Counted from the first letter of the stretch, positions 1 through 10,594 are shown. The stretch: 64,000 bases of DNA from Minisyncoccota bacterium (GCA_041662725.1 JBAZRX010000004.1:2668-66667); one strand, 5' to 3'. The notes: a model not told the origin generated them from the letters alone. Numbers and translations: made by a program.

Positions 1-558
1 TCTGCTTGGGTCTTGTTAGAACCAGTTAGCTTTTGACTTTCAGGAGAAAGAGTGATGGAAGAGAAAGTGAAAAGGTAGCAGGTATTGTCCTTTTGAAGTG
101 AATACATGCGATCAAAGTAATTACGACCTTGAACAGTGTTAGACATAGAAATCGTATTTAACTTTAAAGTACCAACAGTGATCGTGCTTCTGTCTTTAAC
201 AGTGGTTACAGGTGGGAATGCACACTTTCCTCCTCCTACGCTAATATCAGCTCTAAGCTTATTAACTGTAGAAACTTGAGTTTTATCAATAGGCATAACG
301 AAAGTAACACCGTTATCGTTATTATTTGATTCCCAAGTTGTAGGATAATTTACTGTAAAACCAAGTTCAGCATTTTCAAATTTGGAAGTTTTGGCAGAAA
401 CTTTGGTAATTTCTGTAACAACTACTGGAGTATTTGAAGTGCCTTGATAAACAGTTTCATTTGTTGTTGGGGTAACCGCTGGTGAACGGCCAAACCAAAC
501 AATAGCTGCAATAATAACAACTAAAACTAAAATAGTAACTAACGTCGATTTTTTCATA
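1..558 (-). CDS. hypothetical secreted/membrane-anchored protein, 5' part only (gene continues beyond window start)
   Basis: Minus-strand reading frame starts ATG at 558 (MKKSTLVTILVLVVIIAAIVWFG... hydrophobic N-terminus) and is open to position 1. It is not in the ORF track because it is truncated by the window edge. Confidence 0.4.
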
Positions 559-637
559 ATATAATTTTTTATTTATAATAAAATAGTAAAATACGATTAT
601 AAGTAGATATAGTCGTCTGTGCCATTATAACACAGTT

Positions 638-2278
638 TTAATAATCCATCTCTTGACCACCACTGTGACCTTGTGTTTTCTTTTCTTCAGGTTCATCGGC
701 AATAGCGGCTTCTGTGGTAAGAAGAATAGCGGCGGCTGAGCAGGCATTCTCAACGCCGAGACGAGTTACTTTAACAGGATCAACTATTCCCGCAATGATC
801 ATATCAGGGACTATTTCATCTTTGAGTGCATCATAACCAATATTACCTTTACCGTTTTTAACTTTATCTACAATTACTGAGCCATCTTCTTTACCTGTAT
901 TTATAACAATTTGTTTCATTGGTGCTTCAAGAGCTTTCAAAACTATCAAATAACCGAGCTCTTGTTCCTTGGTCATATTCTTCTTTGTAGTGAGAGATTT
1001 TCTAACTTCATTTGAGGCACGTACCAAAGCTACGCCTCCACCAGCAACGATTCCCTCTTCAATTGCGGCTTTGGTGGCATTGACAGCATCTTCAATTTTT
1101 AACTTCAAATATTTCATTTCAGTTTCTGTGGCGGCACCTACACGAATAACAGCTACACCACCAGAAAGTTTGGCAATGCGCTCGTCCATCTTTTCTGTAT
1201 CGTATTTAGATTCCATAGTAGAACGCTGTTTCTTGAGTTGACTCAAACGTCCTTCAATATCACTCTTTTTACCCTTGCCACCTACGATAATAGTATTATC
1301 TTTACTGGAAATAACCTTGCGAGCCTTGCCCAAAACTTCAAGACCAGCATTTTCAAATTTCATACCAACTTCTTCGGTAATAACTTTGGCGCCACAGGTA
1401 ACAGCGATATCTTCTAAGATTTCTTTCTTACGATCACCGTAACCAGGAGCCTTAATTGCTAGTACATTGAAAGTTCCACGTAATTTATTAACGACAAATG
1501 TGGCTAGAGCTTCACCATCTATATCTTCAGCAATGATAACCAAATCTTTTTTGCCAGTTTGTGCTAATTTCTCAAGTATCGGTAAAATTTCTTTAATTGT
1601 TGAGATTTTCTTATCGGTAATCAATATGGCAGGCTCTTTGAATTCAGCTTCCATTCTTTCTGGATTGGTTATCATGTATGCTGAAACATAGCCCTTATCA
1701 AACTCTATACCTTCAACAATTTCTGATTCCAAACTGGTTGATTGGGATTCTTCTACGGTTACAACACCGTCTTTCCCAACTTTCTTTATGGTATCAGCAA
1801 TAATGGCACCTAATTCTACAGATTCAGAAGAAACTGTAGCGACTTGCTTTATCTCTTCATCAGATTTTATAGGAGTGGCGATTTTCTTCAAAACACTAAC
1901 AACGTCTTTTGAAGCGGCTTCAATACCAAAACGTAATCCCATGGCATTAACTCCCATGGTAGTCTCACGCATACCTTCACTGATAATCGCTTGAACAAGG
2001 ATAGTAGCTGTAGTTGTTCCATCGCCAGCAACTTCATTAGTCTTGGAAGCAACTTCTTTAGCGATCTCTGCGCCCATATTCTCAAATTTATCTTTCAAAG
2101 TAATTTCTTTTGCAATTGAAACACCGTCATTAGTGATGGTTGGTGATCCGTAACCTTTATCAAGCACTACATTTCTACCACGTGGACCGATGGTGATTTT
2201 TACAGCATTAGCGACAATATCAACGCCATTTTTCAGAGCTTTGCGAGCCTCTTCATTGTATAGAATTTTCTTTGACAT
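638..2278 (-). CDS. groL: chaperonin GroEL (60 kDa)
   Basis: 546 aa. [15 protein letters not shown] and [10 protein letters not shown] motifs, overall GroEL architecture, groES immediately upstream. Confidence 0.95.
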   Translation of the reverse strand: MSKKILYNEEARKALKNGVDIVANAVKITIGPRGRNVVLDKGYGSPTITNDGVSIAKEITLKDKFENMGAEIAKEVASKTNEVAGDGTTTATILVQAIISEGMRETTMGVNAMGLRFGIEAASKDVVSVLKKIATPIKSDEEIKQVATVSSESVELGAIIADTIKKVGKDGVVTVEESQSTSLESEIVEGIEFDKGYVSAYMITNPERMEAEFKEPAILITDKKISTIKEILPILEKLAQTGKKDLVIIAEDIDGEALATFVVNKLRGTFNVLAIKAPGYGDRKKEILEDIAVTCGAKVITEEVGMKFENAGLEVLGKARKVISSKDNTIIVGGKGKKSDIEGRLSQLKKQRSTMESKYDTEKMDERIAKLSGGVAVIRVGAATETEMKYLKLKIEDAVNATKAAIEEGIVAGGGVALVRASNEVRKSLTTKKNMTKEQELGYLIVLKALEAPMKQIVINTGKEDGSVIVDKVKNGKGNIGYDALKDEIVPDMIIAGIVDPVKVTRLGVENACSAAAILLTTEAAIADEPEEKKTQGHSGGQEMDY

Positions 2279-2380
2279 AGTTGTTTTTAATTAATTTAAG
2301 TTGATTTAATGAATAAATGGAAGTATGGATTAAAAATTGTGAATACCGGTCATTGATCATTGGTTATTGGTAATTGATCA

Positions 2381-2686
2381 TTACTTAATTACCGCCAACA
2401 CCTCGCTCTCTTTTACTATATAATATTCCTCTTCCCCGATCTTTATCTTATCTCCCCATTGAAAAAGAACATCGTCACCTATCTTAACTGATACAGGAAT
2501 AAGCTTTCCTTCTTCAATTCTTCCATTTCCAATAGCTACAACTTTTCCACGCTTACTACCTTTGTCTTCATTTACCGTTACAGGGATAATAATACCTGAA
2601 GAAGTTTTCTTCTCCTTACTATCAGTATCTTCTTGTATAAGAATGCGATCTTGCAAAGGCTTGATCTTTTTTGATATGTCTTTCAT
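2381..2686 (-). CDS. groES: co-chaperonin GroES (10 kDa)
   Basis: 101 aa. KPLQDRILI...GIIIP...GKVVAIGNG...GDDVLF pattern typical of cpn10. Sits upstream of groEL. Confidence 0.9.
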   Translation of the reverse strand: MKDISKKIKPLQDRILIQEDTDSKEKKTSSGIIIPVTVNEDKGSKRGKVVAIGNGRIEEGKLIPVSVKIGDDVLFQWGDKIKIGEEEYYIVKESEVLAVIK

Positions 2687-2907
2687 GTTATTTGATAATT
2701 TTTTAGACTGATAATGTTGTATTGCCTATTATATATAGAAGTGCCGTAATGACAACTTGACAAAAATAGCTTTTAGGTGTTTTATTGTACATAGAAATTC
2801 GTAATATAACCCAATACCCTACGTCCAATCTTACTGGCCTGAAGTCAGCAAAGAGAGCCTGAAGCTCCGTTAGTATTTGGTTTTATGAATTTTGAAAGGA
2901 TAGTTCT

Positions 2908-3555
2908 ATGAAAAATAAAATTAGTGCAGAAGAAATCTGTACGTTGTATAGATATGGAATGCTAAAAAAGCTTGTTGACTCTTGGAAAAGTCACATGATA
3001 GTTGAAATCAATCCTGTTGAGAAATTAGAGCAACTAACTAAAATGTTTTATACCTCTTTGGTTTGCTCATTCATTTCTATAACTGGCTGTTCAATAACCC
3101 AAGAATTTCTTTTACAAAACAAATCTTACGGTTCTGAATATGCTATTTTTTTAATGAATATAGTAGGAGGACTATTTTTAGGTATAATGATAACAAGTAA
3201 TATTACTACTATTGGATGCTATTTTTTAATTTTGTTTAATGGATTTGTAAAAGATCTAAATAAATTATTTGAATTATTAGATAATCCAGATCCACAAGAT
3301 TTAGTAGATTATTCAAAGGTAAAAGCTAAAGCTGCAGACTACTTAAACAGATGTGGCAAATCAATAAGCCTAGCAGAATCAAATATTACTAGTGAGTACC
3401 AAGGGATGGGTTCGGATCTTGCAGAAGAATTTAGAAAAGACTTTAAGAGATCCCATTCAGTTTTTCTAAGATTTAATCTTGTTGAAGGAAGATGGAATAG
3501 TTATTTTCCGAAAAACGATAAGGTTACATCAGATACAGTGAAGAGCTTCTCGTAA
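2908..3555 (+). CDS. hypothetical membrane protein
   Basis: 215 aa ORF with several hydrophobic segments. No recognisable family. Confidence 0.3.
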   Translation: MKNKISAEEICTLYRYGMLKKLVDSWKSHMIVEINPVEKLEQLTKMFYTSLVCSFISITGCSITQEFLLQNKSYGSEYAIFLMNIVGGLFLGIMITSNITTIGCYFLILFNGFVKDLNKLFELLDNPDPQDLVDYSKVKAKAADYLNRCGKSISLAESNITSEYQGMGSDLAEEFRKDFKRSHSVFLRFNLVEGRWNSYFPKNDKVTSDTVKSFS

Positions 3556-3594
3556 GGTGTCTCCTACTTTTAAACTGCACATTTAATTCCCTTC

Positions 3595-3632
3595 AATCCC
3601 GCGTGAGCATTACAGTTCCGCGGGATTTTTCA
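3595..3632 (+). terminator. rho-independent terminator hairpin (AATCCCGCG-loop-CGCGGGATT + T-run)
   Basis: Perfect 9-bp GC-rich stem followed by TTTTTCATTT directly after the 2908..3555 ORF. Confidence 0.55.
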
Positions 3633-3662
3633 TTTGATAATATCTCGAAATGATATAAACTT

Positions 3663-3848
3663 ATGGATATGAAAACCAAAAAGACTATAGCTACCAAAGA
3701 TTTATTTTCTGTAAAATCTGATTTTGATATGCCGTCTAAAAAATTAATTAAAGTACTCAAAAAGGTTGAAAAAGATATTGTAAACAAGAAAAATCTTTCT
3801 CCAATATTTTATGATGTTGATGATCTGGTGACTGAACTTATAAATTAA
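3663..3848 (+). CDS. small hypothetical protein (61 aa)
   Basis: Short ORF preceding the Panacea-like gene. No similarity recognised. Confidence 0.2.
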   Translation: MDMKTKKTIATKDLFSVKSDFDMPSKKLIKVLKKVEKDIVNKKNLSPIFYDVDDLVTELIN

Positions 3849-3910
3849 TTTAAGAAAGAGGAGCACGAGATTTTCTTATATCAAAAATATGGTAGAATCA
3901 CAAAGATAAT

Positions 3911-4381
3911 ATGAATATAACTAAATCCCAAAAACTTCTTTACACTATAATAAAGGAACTTGGTGGTGTAGATGATAAAATAAAATTAGCCAAATATCAG
4001 TATTTTTCTGACTTTATTCACTATGCTTTCAATAACGAACCAATCTCTGATGTAACTAATCTTTATGAAAAAAGACCGTATGGTCCGTTGGCACGTTCTT
4101 TTAATTCAGATCTTGCACAACTCGTTACGTCCGGACTGATTGAAAATAATGGTAAATATCATTATTCTGTGAAAAAAGAGCTTGATAACTTGCTTAATAA
4201 GAAAGAAATAAAAACAATTAGATATGTCATAAATAAATATGCAAAGTATTCGTACGATACACTTGCAGATTTGAGTCATAAACAGATTCCTTATCTTTCA
4301 ACAAATGAAGGAGGAATTATTGAATACGATACAGCATATAATCTTGTTGATGAATATACCGATTATAATACTTGTCAATAA
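3911..4381 (+). CDS. Panacea (DUF4065/SocA-like) domain protein, putative antitoxin-like
   Basis: N-terminal KSQKLLYTIIKELGG...KLAKYQYFSDF...YEKRPYGPLARSF resembles the KLQKLLYYAQ...W.YGPV core of Panacea/GepA-like proteins. Assignment from memory of the family, not an alignment. Confidence 0.35.
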   Translation: MNITKSQKLLYTIIKELGGVDDKIKLAKYQYFSDFIHYAFNNEPISDVTNLYEKRPYGPLARSFNSDLAQLVTSGLIENNGKYHYSVKKELDNLLNKKEIKTIRYVINKYAKYSYDTLADLSHKQIPYLSTNEGGIIEYDTAYNLVDEYTDYNTCQ

Positions 4382-4402
4382 ATAGTAATAATATTAACTG
4401 AA

Positions 4403-4867
4403 ATGGAAGATTGTACACTGTTTACCTGTGCAGATTTTTGGAAAGATGTAAAACGTCTCAGTAAGCATATAAAGTCTTCACTATTAGAAGTAGAGCTTAC
4501 GCCGATAGAATATGAACAACTTTCTATTGTTGAAAAGATTTCTGCAGTACCAATTCTTCGTCAAATTTCAACTACAATAAAGAACAAAATTAGTAAACTC
4601 AATGAATTACCTAATAATGACAAGAATGGTCAACAACCATTTCTTTCAGATAATTGGATTCTGTGGAAAATGAGATGGGCGGTTGATAATCGAGGTTCAT
4701 CGTATGGATTAAGGATAATATATTCAGTGAATGGTAAATATCTTGTATTTGCCGCCATTAAACATAAAAAGGAAATAAAGGATAATGAAAGTGGTTTTCA
4801 AAAAGAAGTGATTGAACGTCTGAGAGTATTTTTTGATTGCCATAAGAAAGCAAAAAATAACATTTAA
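4403..4867 (+). CDS. hypothetical protein, candidate toxin partner of the upstream Panacea-like gene
   Basis: 154 aa ORF 21 nt downstream of the Panacea-like gene, co-directional. No family recognised. Confidence 0.2.
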   Translation: MEDCTLFTCADFWKDVKRLSKHIKSSLLEVELTPIEYEQLSIVEKISAVPILRQISTTIKNKISKLNELPNNDKNGQQPFLSDNWILWKMRWAVDNRGSSYGLRIIYSVNGKYLVFAAIKHKKEIKDNESGFQKEVIERLRVFFDCHKKAKNNI

Positions 4868-4912
4868 AAATCCGAATTTGCTAATTTATTAGAATATGCT
4901 AGTATAATCCCA

Positions 4913-5134
4913 ATGAAGTCATTCCTCCCTTATATCCAGATCATTCTGTCCGTTGTTCTTGTTGCGGCCATATTACTCCAGAGAACTGGCGCTCAAGTAG
5001 GCGGTGCTTTTGGGGGTGGTGATAATTTCAGTTCAGCATTCCATACCAGACGTGGATTTGAAAAAGTACTATTTAATTCAACAATAGTTATTGCAATTCT
5101 TTTCGCTATTTCTGCACTTATAAATCTTATTTAG
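4913..5134 (+). CDS. secG: preprotein translocase subunit SecG
   Basis: 73 aa, two TM helices. ILLQRTGAQVGGAFGGG...F.RRG motif matches the SecG LLQ.GKG...FG.G signature. Confidence 0.7.
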   Translation: MKSFLPYIQIILSVVLVAAILLQRTGAQVGGAFGGGDNFSSAFHTRRGFEKVLFNSTIVIAILFAISALINLI

Positions 5135-5140
5135 TTCTAC

Positions 5141-5270
5141 GAATCTACGAATTATGCGAATGGGCTACGAAGCTACGAATCTACGAATTATGCGAGTGAC
5201 TACGAATCTACAAATAATCGCAAACACCGTGTTTCATTCGCATATTTGTAGTCATTCGCATAATTTGTAG
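5141..5270. repeat. intergenic repeat: two direct copies plus one inverted copy of a ~26-bp unit CTACGAATCTACGAATTATGCGAATG
   Basis: Unit at 5141-5166 and 5185-5210. Inverted copy CATTCGCATAATTTGTAGTTTCGTAG at ~5240-5266. Internal palindrome CTACAAATA...TATTTGTAG. Confidence 0.6.
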
Positions 5271-5292
5271 TTTCGTAGTACAACTTTAAACC

Positions 5293-7059
5293 GTGAATAA
5301 CCCTGTATCCCCAAAAGAATTTCATCTAAAGAGCGGTAAATCTATACTCTCTTACGTTCAGCAATTTTCCTCAACAGAAAGAGTTGTTTTTGGTGCACTT
5401 GTGGTCATTGCTGGTGTTAGTGCTTTGCTTATGGCTGGAAATGTAAATTCACTTTTTACAGTAGAAGTCCCTGGTTATGGCGGAGAAATTCGTGAAGGAG
5501 TTATTGGTTTACCTCGTACTATCAATCCTATTTTGGCTATAACTGATGTAGATCGCGATATGTCTGCTCTCATTTACTCCGGGTTAATGAAATATTCAGG
5601 GAATGATTTGGTACCAGACCTAGCAAAGTCATATAAAATATCTGATGATGGTTTGACTTACACTTTTGTCTTACGCGAAAATTTACGTTTTCATGACGGA
5701 GAATCTCTTACGGCCGAAGATATTGCTTTTACTGTACAAAAAATACAAGATCCCGCTTTGAAAAGTCCACGTCGAGCTGATTGGTTGAATATAGTTGCAA
5801 CAGTAGTGTCGCCAACAGAGATTAAATTTACTTTGAAACAACCTTATAGTCCTTTCTTAACTAATACTACTGTAGGTATAATCCCTAAACATATTTGGAA
5901 TAATGTTAGTAACGAGCAATTTATTTTTAGTCAGTTCAATATTGAGCCTATAGGGTCTGGACTTTTTATAAAAGATGTAATGACACGCGATGCTGGTGGT
6001 ATTCCGACAACATATCGCTTATCTGCATGGAAGGATTATTATGGTAAATCAGCACATGTGAACAATATAACTTTCTATTTCTTTGCTGATGCAGATAAGG
6101 CACTTTTAGCTCTTGATAATGGAGAAATAGATAGTATAGCTTCTGTGTCATCTAGTCAGGCTAAAAAGCTAGCGACAGATTCAGCACAAGCATATGAAGT
6201 ATTGTCGGCGCCATTACCAAGAATTTTTGGGGTTTTCTTTAATCAAAATCAAAGTCCTGTATTGGCTGATAAAGTGGTACGTCAAGCCTTGAATATGTCA
6301 GTAGATAGATCTGCTATTGTAAATGCTATATTGAATGATTACGGAATAGTTATAGATGGCCCATTACCTTCTCTAAATGGCTTAATAAAAACAGCTGTTA
6401 GCACAACCACAAGTACGACCACAAGCAATTTTAATATTACAGCGGCGCGTGCTCTTCTAGAAAAAAACGGATGGGTAAAAAATTCTATAACTGGTATATA
6501 TGAAAAGAAAAATACCAAAAACGTAGTCCAAACTTTAGCATTTGATATTTATACAGCTGATACAGCTGATTTGAAGCAAGCGGCAGAAATGATCAGAAGT
6601 TCATGGAATAGTCTTGGTGCACAAGTGAATATTAAAGTATTTGAATCCTCTGATCTTTATCAAAATATTATTCGTACTCGTAAGTATGATGCTTTGCTAT
6701 TCGGTGAGTTAGTAGGTAAAGACCATGATGTCTATGCTTTTTGGCATTCTTCTCAGAGAAATTCTCCTGGTTTGAATGTAGCCATGTATACCAATAGTAA
6801 AGTAGATAAACTTTTAGAAGATATTCGTTCTATAAACGATACTGACAGTCGTACAGCTAAATATATTGAACTTAATAAACTTATAAACACAGATATACCA
6901 GCAATTTTCATCTATTCACCAAATTTTATATACGTTACACCAAAGACGCTTCGTGGAATAAATATTTATAATATAACCACACCATCAGATCGTTTTAATT
7001 CTGTTGAAAACTGGTATGTAAACACGGAAAAAGTATGGAAAATATTCTCAAATAATTAA
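5293..7059 (+). CDS. ABC transporter substrate-binding protein, family 5 (oligopeptide/dipeptide-type), N-terminally membrane anchored
   Basis: 588 aa. DLVPDLAKSYKISDDGLTYTFVLRENLRFHDGESLTAEDIAFT matches the SBP_bac_5 core. N-terminal TM helix. Confidence 0.65.
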   Translation: MNNPVSPKEFHLKSGKSILSYVQQFSSTERVVFGALVVIAGVSALLMAGNVNSLFTVEVPGYGGEIREGVIGLPRTINPILAITDVDRDMSALIYSGLMKYSGNDLVPDLAKSYKISDDGLTYTFVLRENLRFHDGESLTAEDIAFTVQKIQDPALKSPRRADWLNIVATVVSPTEIKFTLKQPYSPFLTNTTVGIIPKHIWNNVSNEQFIFSQFNIEPIGSGLFIKDVMTRDAGGIPTTYRLSAWKDYYGKSAHVNNITFYFFADADKALLALDNGEIDSIASVSSSQAKKLATDSAQAYEVLSAPLPRIFGVFFNQNQSPVLADKVVRQALNMSVDRSAIVNAILNDYGIVIDGPLPSLNGLIKTAVSTTTSTTTSNFNITAARALLEKNGWVKNSITGIYEKKNTKNVVQTLAFDIYTADTADLKQAAEMIRSSWNSLGAQVNIKVFESSDLYQNIIRTRKYDALLFGELVGKDHDVYAFWHSSQRNSPGLNVAMYTNSKVDKLLEDIRSINDTDSRTAKYIELNKLINTDIPAIFIYSPNFIYVTPKTLRGINIYNITTPSDRFNSVENWYVNTEKVWKIFSNN

Positions 7060-7077
7060 TCAATAATTAATAACTAA

Positions 7078-9177
7078 ATGGAAAATCAAAAACCAATTCG
7101 CCCAAATAACTGGCGACCAGCGAGTCAACAAATAAATAGGAATCAGAACTTCAATAAGTCTAAACCAGCTTTTCAGACACGTGTTTTGCATTCCCCTTTA
7201 CCTAATCAGATGGCTGTTAATAATAAAACAGCTCAACCATCGGTGAACTCTTCTGTTCCATTGAGTCCAAAGCCGTTTGTACCGAATAATCTGAATGGGC
7301 AATTACCTTCTTCTAATGGTCATAGAATAGTTCTTGGTAAAGGTGCAAAAAAGCATCCTGAAATGGTTAGACATATTGCTGGTGCCAGAATGAATGTTAT
7401 ACGCAAGGAATCTCGAGGATCACCTAAAGGTCGCGGAAGACCTGCAAGATCACTTGTCAATCCTAATGGTAATGGTAGTGATATTATTCCTACTTTAGCT
7501 CCAGATTCTATTCGTATTATTCCTTTAGGAGGTGTAGAAGAAATTGGTCGTAATATGACGGCTATTGAATTTGGTGAAGATATTATAGTTATAGACATAG
7601 GCTTTCAATTTCGTGATGAAAATACGCCGGGTATTGATTACATCTTGCCTAATACGAAATATCTTGAAGAAAGACAGGGTAAAATCCGTGCCGTTCTTAT
7701 TACCCACGGTCACCTTGACCATATCGGTGGTATACCTTACATCATGCCTCGTATTGGTAATCCAGTGATATACACACGCCTTCTAACTTCAGTTTTAATT
7801 ACAAAGAGACAAGAAGAGTTTCCGCATGTACCAAAATTAGATATTAAAGTTGTAGAAAAAAATGAAACAATTACCATAGGCAAATTACGTGTTAAATTCT
7901 TTGCGGTGACGCACACTATTCCAGATGCTATGGGTGTTATTATTGAAACTCCTTATGGCTCTATAGTCCATACTGGTGATCTTAAACTTGATCATCTTGA
8001 TGGTATACCAACTGCAGAAGAAGTAGCGGAATACGATCGTGCCTTTAAAAAAGAAAATGTATTAATGTTAATGGCAGATTCAACCAATGTAGAGAATCCT
8101 GGTTTTTCTATGCCAGAAAAGGTTGTACATAAAAATATTGAAGAAGTTATAAAGAATGTCAAAGGTCGTTTGATCATTGCAACTTTCTCTTCCCTTTTGG
8201 AGCGTCTTATAAAAATTATTGATTTTGCTGAAATTTATGGAAAGAAAGTCGTAGTTGAAGGCCGAAGTATGAAATCAAATCTAGAGATTTGTAAGCATCT
8301 TGGTCTTTTGAAAGCTAAGGAATCAACGATGATTTCAACTGATGATATGGAAAATTATCCACCAGATAGAATTATTATCTTGGCTACTGGTGCTCAGGGT
8401 GATGAATTTGCCGCGATGATGCGCATGTCCAACAAAACACATGCAAAAATACGTATTACTCCTAGAGATACGGTTATGCTTTCTTCTTCAATTATTCCAG
8501 GTAATGAACGTGCCGTACAAAAACTTAAAGATAATTTGTCTCGCCAAGGAGCTAGGATTATTCACTACAAAATTGCCGATGTTCACTCTTCAGGTCACGC
8601 TAATCGTGATGAGACAGCTTGGATCCATCGCGCTATTCATCCTAAGTTCTTTATGCCAGTTCACGGATATCATTATCTACTTCGTGCTCATGCAGATATT
8701 GCCAAAGAAGCTAATGGTCTCAAAGAAGAAGATGTGGTTATTCCTGATAACAGTTCAATTATTGAAATTCAAAATGGTGGTACAAAAATAGTTAAGTTAA
8801 AAGAAAAGGCTGCTTCAGGGCTTGTGCTTGTTGACGGATTCTCTGTTGGCGATGTTCAGGATGTTGTTATTCGAGATCGTCAAATGTTGGCTCAAGATGG
8901 TATTTTCATTATCTTTGGTATTATCAATGCTTCCAATGGAAAATTAAAGAAATCTCCAGATATTATTTCTCGTGGTTTCGTATATTTACGTGAATCACAA
9001 GAATTGCTTCATGAAGTGCGTCTTATTATCAAAGATACTGTTGAGAAATCAACTCGTGGACAAAATCCTATCAATGTAGATTTTGTTAAAGATAATATTA
9101 CGGATGCTGTAAGCAAATTCCTAGTTACGAAGACCGCAAAAAGACCGATGGTTATACCGGTGATACTTACGATATAG
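7078..9177 (+). CDS. rnj: ribonuclease J (metallo-beta-lactamase/beta-CASP) with ~150-aa low-complexity N-terminal extension
   Basis: HGHLDHIGG motif, beta-CASP region, overall RNase J length. N-terminus is Q/N/P-rich with KGRGRPARS (AT-hook-like). Confidence 0.85.
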   Translation: MENQKPIRPNNWRPASQQINRNQNFNKSKPAFQTRVLHSPLPNQMAVNNKTAQPSVNSSVPLSPKPFVPNNLNGQLPSSNGHRIVLGKGAKKHPEMVRHIAGARMNVIRKESRGSPKGRGRPARSLVNPNGNGSDIIPTLAPDSIRIIPLGGVEEIGRNMTAIEFGEDIIVIDIGFQFRDENTPGIDYILPNTKYLEERQGKIRAVLITHGHLDHIGGIPYIMPRIGNPVIYTRLLTSVLITKRQEEFPHVPKLDIKVVEKNETITIGKLRVKFFAVTHTIPDAMGVIIETPYGSIVHTGDLKLDHLDGIPTAEEVAEYDRAFKKENVLMLMADSTNVENPGFSMPEKVVHKNIEEVIKNVKGRLIIATFSSLLERLIKIIDFAEIYGKKVVVEGRSMKSNLEICKHLGLLKAKESTMISTDDMENYPPDRIIILATGAQGDEFAAMMRMSNKTHAKIRITPRDTVMLSSSIIPGNERAVQKLKDNLSRQGARIIHYKIADVHSSGHANRDETAWIHRAIHPKFFMPVHGYHYLLRAHADIAKEANGLKEEDVVIPDNSSIIEIQNGGTKIVKLKEKAASGLVLVDGFSVGDVQDVVIRDRQMLAQDGIFIIFGIINASNGKLKKSPDIISRGFVYLRESQELLHEVRLIIKDTVEKSTRGQNPINVDFVKDNITDAVSKFLVTKTAKRPMVIPVILTI

Positions 9178-9180
9178 TAA

Positions 9181-9244
9181 CTCGAGGCGAGGCGTTCTTG
9201 GAGGTCAGGCCTCTGCGTCGGTGTGGAGGCCTGACCTCCAAGAA
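9181..9244. repeat. REP-like element: partial core (CTCGAGGCGAGGCG) plus 19-bp-stem hairpin TTCTTGGAGGTCAGGCCTC-loop-GAGGCCTGACCTCCAAGAA
   Basis: Perfect 19-bp inverted repeat between the convergent rnj and 9245..10594 genes. Same hairpin family as 32985-33020 and 42470-42540 but in opposite orientation. Confidence 0.85.
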
Positions 9245-10594
9245 CTACAACTGATTTATCGTCTGCTGGATAGAATCTGCTTTACTAACTACACTATTGC
9301 CGTAGCTCGCAATTAATGAGGACTTACTGCATGAACTACCAGAGAAATATCGACAAGCGGCATTACGTTCTGCGGTATAGCCACCATTAGAAGCACCTAA
9401 GTCTCCTAGATAAAGGGCAGAAGCCATGAAAGCATGTCCTGGATTCCAAGGATTGGGTGGTGAACTTCCTAGACCTAAAGCTGAAGCTATGCGACTTTCA
9501 AATAAAGTCCAAGTGGAAGCAATGAATTGTGCGGGACCCATAGCGCCACCCCAACCAACTGATTGAGGACAAGATACAACTGTTTTCATTGGATCATACC
9601 CAAGTCTTTGTACGATATTAATAAATATAGGCACATCGCGCGTCGGGTTCATAACTTTATAGACAGATTGGCTTGTGCTAACTTTTATACCCTCACCTGT
9701 TGAAGTGTTAGAAAGATAACAGTTACCGACATTAGCTCCTAAAGCTGATTCCTGGGTAAGAACGGCTAGAATAAAGGCTGGACGAACACCAGTTTTCTGA
9801 CCAGCTTCATTAGCATATTGGAGAGCTTGACCGAATTGGATTTTTTGTCCACCGGCCAACGGGAATAATGCCGCTCTAATCTGTGCCGCACGAGTGGCTT
9901 TTTCTGCCGCTAAAGAAGAATAAGCTTTTTCATTATTTTTACTTATAGAAAGTAATTTCTTTTGCTCAGCCTGATTTGCTTCAATATTCTTTTGCTGTTG
10001 TTGGATGGCGTAACGGGCATCTACGGCTGCATTTTTACGTTTTGTTAGAGCAGTTTTCTCGGCATCAGTAGCGGCTTTGTCTGAACGAATTTGTTCAAAT
10101 GTAGATTTGAGACTTTCTTGTATTGATTCAAAATCATCTAGATCTTCAAAAAAACCAGTTATACTAGATTGCGACAGTATTACTTCTGGTAACGAATAAG
10201 AATTTATTTCGTAAGTTTTGCGAAGAATAATAGAGATTGTTTCTTTACCACGATTTATACGAGCATCTAAAGCCTCTATCTCACTTTGCTTCTGTGTAAT
10301 ATTATTACCAAGAGTCTGAATAAGTAAATTCTTTGCTTTTATATCCAACTGCGCGGCTTTGATTTTAGCAGATAATGTGGCGATATCATTAGTTAAGGAA
10401 GAGCTTTTAGCTTGAGCATTGGCAAGATCTTTTTGTGCTTCAGCTAATTCATTATTGACTTGGTCAAGAGCGGCTTGGCACTGGGCTTTTTCTTGAGGTG
10501 TATCGCACTTAATAACTTGTGCAGAAGCATTTATTGGTATTAAAAATGACACAATTGTGACAATTAAAATAATAGTAGTCGGTAAAGACTTCAT
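9245..10594 (-). CDS. secreted coiled-coil protein with C-terminal lytic-transglycosylase (SLT)-like domain
   Basis: Signal/TM N-terminus and long Q/A/K-rich coiled coil. C-terminal LTQES...GAMGPAQFIASTW...ALYLG resembles the ES / GLMQ / AYNAG SLT motifs. Confidence 0.45.
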   Translation of the reverse strand: MKSLPTTIILIVTIVSFLIPINASAQVIKCDTPQEKAQCQAALDQVNNELAEAQKDLANAQAKSSSLTNDIATLSAKIKAAQLDIKAKNLLIQTLGNNITQKQSEIEALDARINRGKETISIILRKTYEINSYSLPEVILSQSSITGFFEDLDDFESIQESLKSTFEQIRSDKAATDAEKTALTKRKNAAVDARYAIQQQQKNIEANQAEQKKLLSISKNNEKAYSSLAAEKATRAAQIRAALFPLAGGQKIQFGQALQYANEAGQKTGVRPAFILAVLTQESALGANVGNCYLSNTSTGEGIKVSTSQSVYKVMNPTRDVPIFINIVQRLGYDPMKTVVSCPQSVGWGGAMGPAQFIASTWTLFESRIASALGLGSSPPNPWNPGHAFMASALYLGDLGASNGGYTAERNAACRYFSGSSCSKSSLIASYGNSVVSKADSIQQTINQL

